Shown: positions 1 to 12,180 of the stretch, piece by piece
Layout of the letters: each line of letters starts with the position of its first letter
Position numbering within the stretch: position 1 is the first letter of the stretch
Assembly (NCBI RefSeq): GCF_001194135.2
Contig: NC_068996.1
Location: 25,890,170-25,951,203 of the forward strand
From: Octopus bimaculoides
Taxonomy: Eukaryota
Reading direction: 5' to 3'
DNA length: 61,034 nucleotides
The notes under the pieces: generated by a model
Databases searched by the model: none
Told to the model about the DNA's origin: nothing
The model's input: only the letters and a program-made list of their open reading frames with translations
Made by a program: the position numbers and the translations under genes

Positions 1-513
1 CTGTAACTTTCATAACCTGATCTAACAGCTTGATGCCTCTGTAATTATTTGTATCTAAAGTGTCACCTTTACCTTTGTAGCAGTTGACTATGATGCTGCT
101 ACACCAGTCATTGGGTATGACTCCTTCGTGTATCACCTGGTTCGTAATACGGGTGACCAGATATTTTGAGCATCTCTGCAGTGATTCCTGATGGGCCGGG
201 GGCTTTCCCGGTCTTCATACTCTTAATTGCTTTATCTACCCTGGTACTATCAACTCGGATAGCTGGTCCCTCTATTGGGTCGACATACGGCAGGCTCTCT
301 TTCTCCCATTCATTCTCTTTATTAAGCAATCTATTGTAGTGGCATCTTCAGACCTCTTTCTTTGCAGCCTCTCCTACAACATCACTATTCTCTCTCCTAC
401 ACTGTCTTGCAACACGAAATACCTCGAGTCTTTGGTCCTCACGGCGCAGAACATTGGCAAATCTTTCCTTATCTGCTTCCCCTCTGGCTAAATAAACCTG
501 TCGCCTAGCCTCC

Positions 514-515
<2 letters not shown>
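1..515 (-). mobile_element. Decayed RTE-clade LINE fragment (region leading into the RT domain)
   Basis: Minus-strand ORFs 108-329 (IEGPAIRVDSTRVDKAIKSMKTGKAPGPSGITAEMLK, the GKAPGPxGI pre-RT motif) and 348-578 (REARRQVYLARGEADKERFANV); cut off by a (CA)n tract at 516-581. Confidence 0.85.
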
Positions 516-564
<49 letters not shown>

Positions 565-984
565 ACACACACACACACACACTTTTCTTTTGTGCTATCA
601 TTTATTACAACATCCTCTTCCTTGCTGACCCAATTCTATTTCCTTTGCTCTTGCCCTCTCAAACTGATATTCACCATCAACCACTCCTCTTCCCATGTTC
701 ACCATTCACTATATTCACCACTAAACCCATCTCTAACCATCTGACGCTCTCCTTTTACATGCTTGTGAACTTAACCCTCCGCCCACATTTTCTGATCCTC
801 TGTCTGTATTCTCTCTTACAAGCATCTTCTTGTACCTTGAAGGTATACCTTGACACTTTATATCCACCATCATTTTTCTCTCTCTTTCCAGCTGTGACGT
901 CCATGTATCTCCTCTACAGCAAGACACATGCCTGGGTTAAAGAATGACAGAAGGACTATGATAGAGGAACAGGAGTAACCTTTT

Positions 985-1197
985 GTGGAGAAGTGGTACT
1001 TTGTTTACATGAGCAAAGCACTTCCTTTCATGTTGCTCCTGTTCACCCTCATTCATAAATGAGTTCCAGCGCTAGTTGGGAAGTTAACCCTGCGATGGAC
1101 TGCCATCCTGTCCAGGAAGGAGTGTGGTAATCTCAATTACTTATACATCATGAAAACCAGGTTAAGCTCTGGCTTCATGAGCCCTAGGACTTGGTAG
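985..1197 (+). mobile_element. SINE fragment, tail type Y (CCTGCGATGGACTG domain)
   Basis: Matches the reverse complement of 5773-6030; contains aaccctgcgatggactgccatcctgtccagg. Confidence 0.7.
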
Positions 1198-1204
1198 AAT
1201 CTTT

Positions 1205-1372
1205 TGCATGCCAGGCAAAATGCTTAGTAGCATTTCGTCTATCTTTACGTTCTGAGTTCAAATTCCGCTGAGGTCAAGTTTGCCTTTCATCCTTTCACTG
1301 GGGTCAATTCAATCGACTTAACCCTCCCCCAAATTTCAGGTCTTGTGCGGTTAGTAGAAAGGATTATTTCTG
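1205..1372 (+). mobile_element. SINE fragment, family with the TTTGCCTTTCATCCTTTC domain (Nin-like), internally deleted
   Basis: Aligns to the complete copies at 2186-2400 and 46511-46737. Confidence 0.75.
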
Positions 1373-1492
1373 TTTAATACTGAAGTGGAATGTCACAACA
1401 AAGCCACATCATTCAGCAGGCTGCATTACCAAAAAAAAAAAAAAAAATTCAAGGTATATTTTTGTTGGTGTGCTATTGAGAAAATCTTGCAG

Positions 1493-1599
1493 GTCACAGT
1501 TTGCTCATAACTACTTTGACCTCTCAAAATTTGGCATAAAGCCACCTCCCTCAGTATTCCGTCCCCAATCAGTTGAGTTCTTCACTTATGAGTTACTTG
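1493..1599 (+). CDS. Candidate host exon (SQFAHNYFDLSKFGIKPPPSVFRPQSVEFFTYELL), product not recognised
   Basis: No similarity to other repeats in the window; AG at 1491-1492, GTGACT donor at 1600; 107 nt, stop-free, phase 2 to phase 1. Confidence 0.3.
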
Positions 1600-1612
1600 G
1601 TGACTCCACTAA

Positions 1613-1613
1613 T

Positions 1614-1645
<32 letters not shown>

Positions 1646-1810
1646 TTAGCATCTGTTTTCCATGGTGGCATGGGTCACACAGTTTGACTCGAACTGGTAA
1701 GCTGGAGAGTTGTATCAGGTTCCAGTCTCATTTGGCATGGTTTCTATGGCTGGATGCCTTTCCTGATGCCAACCACTCCATAGAGTGTGTTGTAGGTACC
1801 TTGTATGTGT
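1613..1810 (-). mobile_element. RTE-family 3' end with (GAT)n tail
   Basis: (CAT)n followed by atttagcatctgttttccatg...gatgcctttcctgatgccaaccactc, shared with copies attached to RT C-termini at 2803-3600 and 7130-8165. Confidence 0.8.
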
Positions 1811-1877
1811 CACTGGCATGGCTGCTTTTACATGTCACTGGCACAGGTGACTCTATGCAACAAAAAACACACCCATG

Positions 1878-2035
1878 CACTCTGTAGAGTGGTTGGCATT
1901 AGGAAGGGCAAACAGCCATAGAAACCATGCCAAAGGGACACTGGAGTTCAATGCAGTCCTCCGGTTCATGTGATCCTATCAAATCTTCCAACCCATACCA
2001 GAATGGAAGACAGATATTAAATAACGATGGTCATG
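1878..2035 (+). mobile_element. RTE-family 3' end, opposite orientation to 1613-1810
   Basis: gagtggttggcattaggaaggg...aacccataccagaatggaagacagatattaaat is the reverse complement of the same 3' motif. Confidence 0.75.
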
Positions 2036-2116
2036 ACACTCACTTCCACATTTACACATGCATAAAAATATATGGATACACACGCACACACACACACACA
2101 CGCGCATACACGCACG

Positions 2117-2169
<53 letters not shown>

Positions 2170-2185
2170 TCTTTTACTTGCTTCA

Positions 2186-2400
2186 AGGCGGCAAGCTGGC
2201 AGAATCGTTAGGACACCAGGTGAAATGATTAGTGGTATTTTGTCTGTCTTTACGTTATAAGATCAAATTCCACAGAGATCGACTTTGCCTTTCATCCTTT
2301 CAGGGTTGATAAATTAAGTACCAGTTGCGTACTGGGGTTGATCTAATCGACTGGCCCTCTCCCCCAAAATTTTGAGCCTTGTGCCTAGAGTAGAAAAGAT
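2186..2400 (+). mobile_element. SINE (Nin-like domain family)
   Basis: ggcggcaagctggcagaatcg head and gactttgcctttcatcctttcagggttgataaattaagtaccag body; homologous to 46511-46737. Confidence 0.8.
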
Positions 2401-2792
2401 TCTTTTACTTGTTTCAGTCATTTAATTGCGGTCATGCTGGAGCACCATCTTTAGTCAAACAAATCAATCCCAGGACTTATTCTTTGTAAGCCTAGTACAT
2501 ATTTTATTGTTCTCTTTTGCTGAATTGCTAAATTATGGGGATGTAAATACACCAACATCAGTTGTTAAGCGATAGTGGGGGGACAAACACTGACACACAA
2601 ATACACACACACACATATATATATACGATGGGCTTCTTTCAGTTTCTGCCTACTAAATCCACTCACAAGGCTTTGGTTGGCCCGAGGCTATAGTAGAAGA
2701 CACTTACTTGCCCAAGGTGCCACACAGTGGGACTGAACCTGGAACCATGTGGTTGGAAAGCAAGCTTCTTACCATACAGCCACTCCTGCACT
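2398..2792 (-). mobile_element. tRNA-derived SINE with an internal (CA/TA)n linker, full length
   Basis: Minus-strand head gtgcaggagtggctgtatggtaagaagc...ggttccaggttcagtcccac (A/B-box-like), ccttgggcaagt segment, internal microsatellite, gactgaaacaagtaaaaga tail; many copies in the window. Confidence 0.8.
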
Positions 2793-2802
2793 TATGTATA
2801 TA

Positions 2803-3600
2803 TCATCATCATTTAACATCCGTTGTCCATGTTGGCATGGGTTGGATGGTTTGACTGAAAACTGGTAAGTTGAAGAGCTGCACCAGGTTTTAGTCTGATT
2901 TAGCATAGTTTCTATGACTGGATGCCCTTCCTAATGCCAACCACTCTGAGAATGTAACAGGTGCTTTTATATGCCACTGGCATGGGTGCCAGTTGTATGA
3001 CACCAGTATCTGCCAAGACTATGATTTCACTTGGCTTGCCGGATCTTCTTTTCAAGCATGGCATATTGCCGAAGATCTTAGTTATTTGTCATTGCCTCCA
3101 TGAGGCCCAACGCTTGAAAGGTGCTTTTTATGTGCCACCAGCACAGATGCTAGTTATGCAACACCAGTTTCAGCCACGACTACGATTTCACTTGGCTTAA
3201 CAGATCTTCTTAAACACAGCACATCAGCAAAAGTCTCAGTCACTAGTCATTGCCTATGTGAGGCCCAACGTTCAAAGATCATGCTTCACCACCTTGTCCC
3301 TCTTCCACAGATGACCTCACAGAGCTCAGCACTTCTTCACACAGCTGTCCTCGTCCATACACGTTGTATGACCATACCAGTGTCTCTCTTGCACACCATA
3401 CCTGATGTCTCCTATGCCCAATTTTTTTCTCAAAATGAGTACACTCTGTCGTACATGCACACTGACATTGTGTATCCAGTGAAGCATGCTAGCTTCATTT
3501 CTTTCAAGCCTACACATGTCTTCAGTAGTCACAGCCCATGTTTCACTGCTATGTAGCATAGCTGATCACACACAGGCATCATACAGTCTGCCTTTCACTC
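2803..3600 (-). mobile_element. RTE LINE 3' portion (ORF C-terminus, 3' UTR, tail)
   Basis: ORF 3326-3559: MLHSSETWAVTTEDMCRLERNEASMLHW...QERHWYGH...DEDSCVKKC; (CAT)n tail at ~2803. Confidence 0.85.
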
Positions 3601-3942
3601 TGACATACATTTTATCTGTCTATCTATCTATACACATATGCACACATGCAAATTGCTTGTAATATTATATCTGATGACACAGGATAAGAAATGCATACAT
3701 TTAGTGCTCATGCTGCCTAATCTCTAATTTGAACTGCAACTTGAAATGCGGGGCTATTATAGCTGCCTATTGAAAATTGGCTATGGACAGTGTTTCAGTT
3801 GAGCTGGTACATGTATAACAGAATAAAGGTACAGACAGGTAAACGACTGGTATCTGGTCTGATTATGACATTTGTATATTTAAACATTGACACATGTAAG
3901 TAGAACTGAATGTTACAGAAGTTCAAATCACTAGAGATATTG

Positions 3943-4250
3943 TGGAGGTGCAATGGCCCAGTGGTTAGGGCAGCAGACTCACGGTCGGAGGGTTATGGTT
4001 TTGATTCCCAGACTAGGCGTTGTGTGTGTTTATTGAGCGAAAACACCTAAAAGCTCCACGAGGCTCCAGCAGGGTGTGGTGGTGACCCCTGTTGTACTCT
4101 TTTGCCCCAACTTTCTCTCACTCTTTCTTCCTGTTTCTTGAGTAATGCTGCGATGGACTGGCATCCCATCCAGCTGGTGGGGAACACATATGCCATAGAA
4201 ACCGGGAAACCAGGCCCATGAGCCTGGCTAGGCTTTAAAAGGATGCAAAA
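3943..4250 (+). mobile_element. tRNA-derived SINE, head A with tail Y
   Basis: ggaggtgcaatggcccagtggttagggcagcagactc head shared with 34324 and 39948; tail contains gcgatggactggcatccc. Confidence 0.8.
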
Positions 4251-4489
4251 GAGAATTATTGATATTAGATTGTAGGTAAAATCTAAAGCTGACGGAGAAG
4301 GAAGTATGTGTGAAGATTGCCTGTTCTTTTAGTTTGGGAGTTTACCTATGAAGATCTGCCATAACCTACTATATAATATCAATAATAAAGACTTATCTTG
4401 TAACTATTGCAGGAGTATAGCAATGTATATTACAACCATTGCTGGACTGATCTTTTATTGATCTCTTCTGATTTACACTACTTAAGTAA

Positions 4490-4830
4490 AGGCACATAAC
4501 TCATAAATTAGAACATTGAGATCACGATCATGAGGTAGTGAGCTTGATTCCCAGAACGGGCTGCATGTTGTGTCCTTGAGCAAGAAACTTTATTTCATGT
4601 TGTTCCAGTTCACTCATCTGTAGAAATGAATTGCGATGTCACTGGTGCCAAGCTGTATTGATCTTTGCTTTTCCCTCGGATAACATTGGTGGTGTGGAAA
4701 GGGCAGGCTGGTATGCATGAGTGACTGCTGGTCTTCCATTAACAACCTTGCCTGGACTTGTGTCTCGAAGGGGAACTCTCTAGGTGCAATCCCATGGTCA
4801 TTCATGGCCAAAGGGGGGAGGGGTCTTTAT
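4490..4830 (+). mobile_element. tRNA-derived SINE, head B with a distinct tail
   Basis: ...gagcttgattcccagaacggg...ccttgagcaagaaactttatttcatgttgttccag head region shared with 15147, 31220 and 40885. Confidence 0.65.
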
Positions 4831-4938
4831 CCATTACCCACTCCTTCATTCTTCATTTCTTCATTCAAATTGTATGAATATATAAATGTCATATTCTGAC
4901 CAGATACCACTCTTTTGCCTGTCTAGACCGTTATTCCA

Positions 4939-4971
<33 letters not shown>

Positions 4972-5026
4972 CACATACATACTTATTTATTTCTTTATTT
5001 TACATAGTCATTTGAGGCTTCTACAC

Positions 5027-5300
5027 ATCGTCATCATCATCATCATCATTTAACATCCATTTTCCATGCTGGTACGAGTTGGACGGTTTGACTGAAAACT
5101 GGTAAGCTGATTGGCAAGGTTTCTACAGCTGGTTGCCCTTCCTAATGCCAACCATGCCAAGAGTATCGTGGGTGCTTTTTATGTGCCACCAACATGGATG
5201 CCAGTTATAAAACACCAGCATTGGCTATGACTACGATCTCACTTGGCTGGACAAGTTTTCTCAAGCATGGTATATTGCCAAAGTTCTCAGTTACTTGGCA
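5027..5300 (-). mobile_element. RTE-family 3' end
   Basis: (CAT)n then ttaacatccattttccatgctggtacgagttggacggtttgac. Confidence 0.8.
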
Positions 5301-5772
5301 AGTTCTATTCACCACAAAAATGGTTAACATAAGGCTGCAGTGGAAGAACTAAAAAAGAAAAATATTCTTTTTTAATTGGTTGAATTGCTGTAAGATTCCT
5401 TCTTATCCACAAATAGATACAAACTTTTCAAGTTTGTGAAAATGAGCAGGCAACACAATTTGAAGGTCTGTTGATGAATTGAGCTTATGATTCAAAGAGG
5501 CTTCTTGAGAAAAACAGAGAGAGGGAAATGATTATATGGGGGTAGGTAAAAGCTTTCAACATTTGTCAAAATAAAGAAATTTAGAAGAGTTGTTAAGTAA
5601 TAAAGGATATAAGTAATTTTACATGCAGCAACTGTAAGTTTATGTTTATCTGTAATATTTGCTTGACATTGAGTATTTATAGTAGGAAACAGAGCATAGA
5701 GATTTACTGTGACATTCCACTTCAGTATTAAACAAGAATAAATGAAGATGCATTTAGAAAACATTGTCACAA

Positions 5773-6030
5773 GTCCTAGAGTTCAGCCTGGTTTCAATGG
5801 CGTATAAGTGATTGAGATTATCACACTCCTTCTTGGACAGGATGCCAGCTTATTGCAGGGTTAACTTCCCAGCTATTGCTGGAACTCATTTACAGATGAG
5901 TGGATAGGAGCAGCATGAAAAGAAGTACTTTGCATTGTAAACAAAGCACCACACAGTCTGGGAATTGAAACCACAATCTTACAGTTGCAAGAGGAATACT
6001 CTAATTAGTAGGCCATGTGCATGCATAGAA
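5773..6030 (-). mobile_element. SINE, head B with tail Y
   Basis: Reverse complement of the family at 985-1197, with the tRNA-like head at ~5950-6030. Confidence 0.7.
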
Positions 6031-7129
6031 AAACTTTCACAAACCTCAATGTTGTTTTCCAACATCCTTCACAGAAATAATCCTTCCATGTCCTCACACG
6101 CAGTTATGTAAAAAATAAGGGTTCAGTTCTTCAACATTTCGGGTGGTGAATTGGCAGAATCATTAGACTTCTGGATAAAATACAACATCGTATATATTCT
6201 GACCCTCTGTGCTCTTAGTTCAAATCTCACCAATGTTAACTTTACCTTTCATCCTTTTCTCATTAGCAGAACTGTATAAATGTTGGGTGGGATGCCACCA
6301 TAGGAGATTTAACACCTCTACCTGGCATCTTTGGAACCCTTTAGCAAAGTCTGCATTGCCACAAGCATTCAGACCAGGTATCCATCCAGTTTGTGTATAC
6401 AATTTTAATCTCTCCCAACCAGATATGGAGGCCCTGAAAAGAGTCATGGGCAATGCTATCCCCCCTGGCTTAAAGATATCATCACCATCATCATCATTTA
6501 CTGTCCACTTTTCCAGGGTTGCATCGGTCAAATGGAATTTATTGAGGTAGATTTTCTATGGCTGGATACCTTTGTTGTCACCAACCCTCACCAGTTTCCA
6601 AGCAAGATAATAGTTTCCTATGGTTAGACATATTTTCCCAGGAGACTGAAAACAAGGAACACCGCTTAAATGACATTGACACTTGTTTACAATTATTGTA
6701 GGATCTCAAGACAAAAACTTACAAACACACCCACACACATACATATTCATTCATTCTACTCACTCCTTCACCCATTCCCCATCTTTCACTCACTCACACA
6801 TTCTTGCAACCTCTACCCACCCACATTCCTGGTTCTTCTACGTTATTCACTTTTATGAACCTTGTACCTCAAGGTTCACACATACACCTCATTACTTCTG
6901 TTCTTGTTTCCTCCTCACTCCATCCCTATCATCTCACCAACATCATCTCTACTAAAATTTGAGTAGCCATGTGGATCTTCTACGGCAAGAAACCTGCTCT
7001 GCTCTGGCCCTTTCTTGCATACTTTAACCCTTCATCTCCAAGCATAAAACAGCTTCTCTCAAGATTTGTAGTCTTGCAAGCTGCATGATAACCCCACTAG
7101 TGCTGATGGCATGAGAAAAGCATCCAGCA

Positions 7130-8165
7130 CATGGTGTAAAGTGGTTTTACGTCTGCTTTCCATGCTGGCATGGGTTGGACAGTTTGACTGAGGACTGGAG
7201 AGCCAGAGGCTGCACCAGGCTCAATCTGATCAGACAAAGCTTCTACAGCTGGATGCCCTTCCGATTGCCAACCACTCCGAGAGAGTATAGCGGATGCTTT
7301 TACGTGCCACTGGCACAAGGGCCAGTCAGGCAGTACTAGCAATGACCATGCTCAAAGGGTGTTTTTACGTGCCACCTGCATGGGAGCCAGTCTGGTGGCA
7401 CTGGCAATGACCACGCTTGAATGATGCTTTTCACGTGTCACCGGCATGGGAGCCAATCCGTGACCCTGGCAACAATCATGCTCCGATGTGCTTTTAATGT
7501 TCCACTGGCATGTGTGCCAAACAGACAGTACTGTCATTGGCCACGTCAGCGATTTTGATTTGTTTACACTTTGCCTCAATAGGTCTTCGCAAGCAAAGTT
7601 CATTGTCCAATGAATAAGGGGTACTCATAAGTGGGCTGGTTACACCCCACATTCGGATGTGCTTTTAACGTTTCACTGGCACGAATGCCCATTTATGGGC
7701 TGATTACACCCACTGGCATAGGCCATGAGCTATGGTCTCACTTGGCTTGTCGGGTTTTCTCAAGCACAGCATATCTCCAAAGGTCCTAGTCACTAGTCAT
7801 TGCCTCAGTAAAGCCCAATGTTCAAAGGTCGTGCTTCACCCCTCACCCCAGGTTTTCCTGGATCTACCTCTTCCACAGGTTCCCTCAACTGCTAGGGCGT
7901 GATACTTTCTCACACAGCTGTCCTCATCCATTTGCAACACATGACCATACCAGTGCAGTCTTCTCTCTTGCACATCACATCTGATACTTCTTAAATCCAA
8001 CTTTTCTCTCAGGGTGCTTACACTCTGTCGTGTATGCACACTGACATTACACATCCAGCAGAGCATACTCGCTTCATTCCTTGCAAACTTACACATGTCC
8101 TCAGCAGTTACGGCCCATGTTTCACTGTCATGTAGCATTCCTGTATGCACACATGTGTCATACAG
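7130..8165 (-). mobile_element. RTE LINE 3' portion with ~60-bp subrepeats in the 3' UTR
   Basis: ORF 7836-8150: MLHDSETWAVTAEDM...QERRLHWYGHVLQMDEDSCVRK...GRGRSRKTW; repeated tttacgtgccac units at 7280-7520. Confidence 0.9.
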
Positions 8166-8539
8166 TCTACCTTATATATATATATATATATNNNNNNNNN
8201 NNNNNNNNNNNNNNNNNNNNNNNNNNNNNNNNNNNNNNNNNNNNNNNNNNNNNNNNNNNNNNNNNNNNNNNNNNNNNNNNNNNNNNNNNNNNNNNNNNNN
8301 NNNNNNNNNNNNNNNNNNNNNNNNNNNNNNNNNNNNNNNNNNNNNNNNNNNNNNNNNNNNNNNNNNGGATATTAATAGTTATCGCCAAGCCAACATGGCA
8401 GTCCAAAAAATAGGACGAATGCTGCCGTTGATTAGCTCCAAGAGGCCATCGCCTCTAGCTAGCTATGTGACACACGAACCTGTGTCCTTTATAACCTTCG
8501 AACAGGGGAGGTCAGCAGCTTCCCCTTGCTGGTCTGGCA

Positions 8540-8581
8540 TCTACAGACTAGTTTCGGGGCATTGCCCCTTGTCAATGTAGA
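8540..8581 (-). ncRNA. Minimal type I hammerhead ribozyme motif, core mutated
   Basis: Minus strand: UCUACA (I) UUGACAA (core, 2 changes from CUGANGA) GGGGC-AAU-GCCCC (II) GAAAC-UA-GUC (III, GUC site) UGUAGA (I'). Confidence 0.8.
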
Positions 8582-8819
8582 GCAGCCGAACCCAGCAGAT
8601 ATATATACACACATCATAATGAGGTACATAATTGCGAATCTATCTAAGTCAGGTCTTCTACATTTGGTTGACTATTAGAAAATGTTAAGTGTAACCACTT
8701 ACATTTTGTAAAAGTCATATTACAAAATGTAAGTGGTGCGTACAGAATATATGCGTCCATACATATGTGTATGTGGGTGTGCACATAAATATATATGTGT
8801 GTGTGTATTAACATTGGTA

Positions 8820-9215
8820 CTTTTACATCTGTTTTTATCGCATGCTTGCATGGGTTGGACTAGTTCTGTTTTACATGGCATTTCTTTATTTGTTGCATTC
8901 CTTTTTATCTCCTCTGAGAGATTCAACATCCTGATTAGCTTTCACTATTTCTGTCCATGTCTTCTTTGGTCTTCCTTCCACTTGTTTTCCTTTCATATTT
9001 ATCACATGACACTTCTTTACCCATATGTAATCGTCCATGTGCATTTCATGACCAGTACCAATGTACTTGGCGGCTCTCATACACACTGTATCTGATTCTT
9101 ATTCTTATTACAGCAATATTATTGCTTAGCTTCTTTGTACCACATCAACCATGAATAATAACATTATACATCCAGCAGAGAGAAATGCTTGTTTCATTCC
9201 TCTTTAGCCTTTATG
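8820..9215 (-). mobile_element. Decayed RTE LINE 3' fragment
   Basis: ORF 8886-9086: WVKKCHVINMKGKQVEGRPKKTWTEIVKA; tail motif catgcttgcatgggttggac. Confidence 0.7.
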
Positions 9216-9499
9216 CATACCCATATATGAGAGAGAGAGAGAGAGTTTGTATGTGGTATGTGAGTCATGTGCCAATTGGTAATTCCAGATCATATATATG
9301 ACACACATTTTATGTTTCATGTTTTGAGAGCTACTGAGACAAGCTTTAGCTTCAAATATATGTTAAAAAATTCATTGAAATTAATTCAAAACAAGGCTTC
9401 CAGTTGCTATAAAAAATTCTATGCTGTAAACTAAACAAAAATAAAAATAATAAAAGATAATACTAAGAAACATTTTAAAACAGAACCAAAAATAAAAAA

Positions 9500-10200
9500 T
9501 AAAGTTGGCATAATACTCTGCATTGATGGTGTGCTCCCTTTGAAGATAGCCAATAAACACAATGCTTTTAGCATCCCATTGAACTGAAACCATCATCTTT
9601 ACTGCAGATGGCATGACTATTGTCTTCTTTGGGTAGGTGAAGAGGGGTGTTTCCACTGCGTAGATTGTCTCTTTGTCTCTGGCTCAAAGTAATGAACACA
9701 ACACTCTTCTTGGGTTAGGAAACGTTTAAGGAAACCAGTTGGATCTGCCTCAAACAATGTCAGATTTTCCTGTGATATGATCAACCAGGTGCGCTTTTGA
9801 TCATGTGACAGAAGTCATGGCACTCACTGAGTAGAAACTTCATCATGCCAAGTTCATTGCACCTAATATTCTCAAATCTCTCAGAATATGCTAATAACAT
9901 TGGCTATTTGATTTATAGTCAATCGCCTATCATCCATCAGTATGTGGTGAACACGACTAATGTTTTCCTTGGTGGTGGCAGTTGCAGGATGTCCAGCTGC
10001 CCTCTTTTGCACTGTTGATAAAGCTGGAGTGTCATCCGCTAATGTAGCAACTATGTCAGCATGCATGTTCTTGGAGACTAAACCTTTTTTCTGTATGTAC
10101 TTGACAACACCACATCTTGTCCATTTTTCAGAAGAAGTCCTCTACTAGTTACTTTTGAAGTCTTCTTTTGAACAGTCAGATGTCAGTTTACCAAGAAATA
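9500..10200 (-). mobile_element. Mariner transposase fragment (irritans-like), truncated
   Basis: MHADIVATLADDTPALSTVQK...DDRRLTINQIANVISI and PKKTIVMPSAVKMMVSVQWDAKSIVFIGYLQREHTINAEYYA. Confidence 0.9.
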
Positions 10201-10329
10201 ATGTAGTTATTAATAAGAAGAGTTTTAAATAAATGCATGTAAGATTTCACAGCTCTAACATTACTCTTTCATAGTCAGCCTATGAACTTTTCAGCCTACC
10301 CCTGCATTTATCTGTTTGGGGATGTTGGT

Positions 10330-11200
10330 GTGCTTGATTGTTCCAAAGTGGAGGCTGGAGGAGAAATGTGGATAACAGAGTTGACATTGAAATCGAAGGA
10401 ATTGTTGGATTCTCAGACATTTCCAGTTCAGACTGTTCAACTTTCAACCTGCAATAAGAACTTGTCAAGAGTACCTTGAATGGTTTTATCCTTTTTGTCA
10501 TCCAAGTTAACCCTTTAAGGAACATAAGTGTCTTGAACAGCCCCCATAATTCTAGCAAAGCACATAGCATTAGGATCCTTCTGCTTGAAAAGAGCTAGTG
10601 ATTTATCCATATATGGAAAAGCTTGCTGTATTTTGTTAACAGTGAAGTGTCTTGATACTGGTTCTGTTCACCGCATCTCCTCTTGCTGATACTGTTCATG
10701 AAGTTCTATCAACTCTTAATTTGTGAGTGGTTGCACATCAGCATTTACTAACACCAATGCACATTCACCTTGAACCATAATGTTGTTTTGAAATTCAAGC
10801 AGTGAGACAGTTTTCACAATCTTGAACTGGCCTTGAAATCCTGTCACATGGTCAGGCTATATCTTAAGGTCTTTGTATAATAAAAGTGCTTTCTCTTGAA
10901 TTACCACCTACCAAATGGAGATACGTTTATGAGTTGAGCCAAAGGGTAAAAAGTTGTTCCATTTCTTTAGTAATTTTTGCTTCTTTTCTTGGTAATTATG
11001 GTGCTTTACAGTCTTGGAGCAGTATCTTGGCTATTAATTCAAATCTTTCTTTGTTATGAATAGATCCTAGATACCATTGTTCAATTTAAGCCATAAGCAT
11101 GTACTAATACTACCATCTTTTTTATCATTTTCATAGCTTTTGATCATCATCAACTTATCTTCCAATGAAATACCATGGACTTTGGGCCACTAGGATTAGA
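10330..11200 (-). mobile_element. Internally deleted Tigger/pogo-type element
   Basis: Manual minus-strand translation: ISLEDKLMMIKSYEND...IITKKRSKITKEMEQLFTLWL...IQEKALLLYKDLK (CENP-B-type N-terminal HTH), joined to the C-terminal LTNxELIEL...QKDPNA...KTIQGTLDKF; the DDE core is missing. Confidence 0.7.
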
Positions 11201-12019
11201 TTTAAATTGTAAGAACTTTCTTGATAGTATGATGAATGAAAAAAAAGTGAAAAACTTTTACACAATAAACACTCATTTGAATTTCCTGGTACAAACTACA
11301 AAGCTACCTCATGGTGGAATGCTGGAAATTTTAGTCCCAAAAGCCATGTAAATTAATGTAAACATTGTAACTATCATTTATTTTTTTACTTGTTTCAGCC
11401 ATTAGACTGTGATCATTTAAAAAAAGTTTATTAGATTTTTATCTGTTTAAAGAGATTATTTGTACATAATTTCAGATGTGCTTTATTTGGTTTTCCACTT
11501 CAGTATTGGCTTTTAGGTGGTTTTAAAAATTTTTATGCTTTTAAATATGTTTGCTGAGATCAATGTTAAGTTAGATAATTTGATTAAAGCTGAGGTTTAT
11601 ATTTTACATTAATTTCTTAAGAAAAAAAACATACAATATAAAATCAAAAAAAGACATTCCTTGAAACAATGTAAACTGAGGTATGTATGTATGTGTGTGT
11701 GTATGTATGTATGTATGTATGTATGTATGTATGTATGTATGTATGTTATCAATCAGTTTCATTTCTGTATTTCTTGTCCATAGAGAAAGAGCCGGACTCT
11801 AACATAGATTCAAGGCTCCTTCATTGGAACTTTTATCAACATCATCTAGCTATTTGTGCATATGTGTGTGTGTGCAGTATTTGTATGTTTGTTTTATGGA
11901 TGCGTTTTTATGTATATATTTTCATGTCTAGATGCATGCATATGTATTTATGTGCTAAATTTTTGGAAATGTATGTATGTATGTATGTATGTATGTATGT
12001 ATGTATGTATGTATGTATG

Positions 12020-12094
<75 letters not shown>

Positions 12095-12180
12095 AAGTAT
12101 GTATGTATGTATGTATGTATGTATGTGTGTGTGTGTGTGTGCGTGTATGTGTGTGTGTGTGTGAGTGTGTGCATGTGTGT

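Noticed and set aside
5400-5760. Faint similarity to a CR1 RT (KAF...RKQ)
   Set aside because: Too degraded to support from manual translation.
6420-6478. MGNAIPP resembling the GNAVPP motif X of DNA cytosine methyltransferases
   Set aside because: A single short motif with no other methyltransferase motifs nearby.
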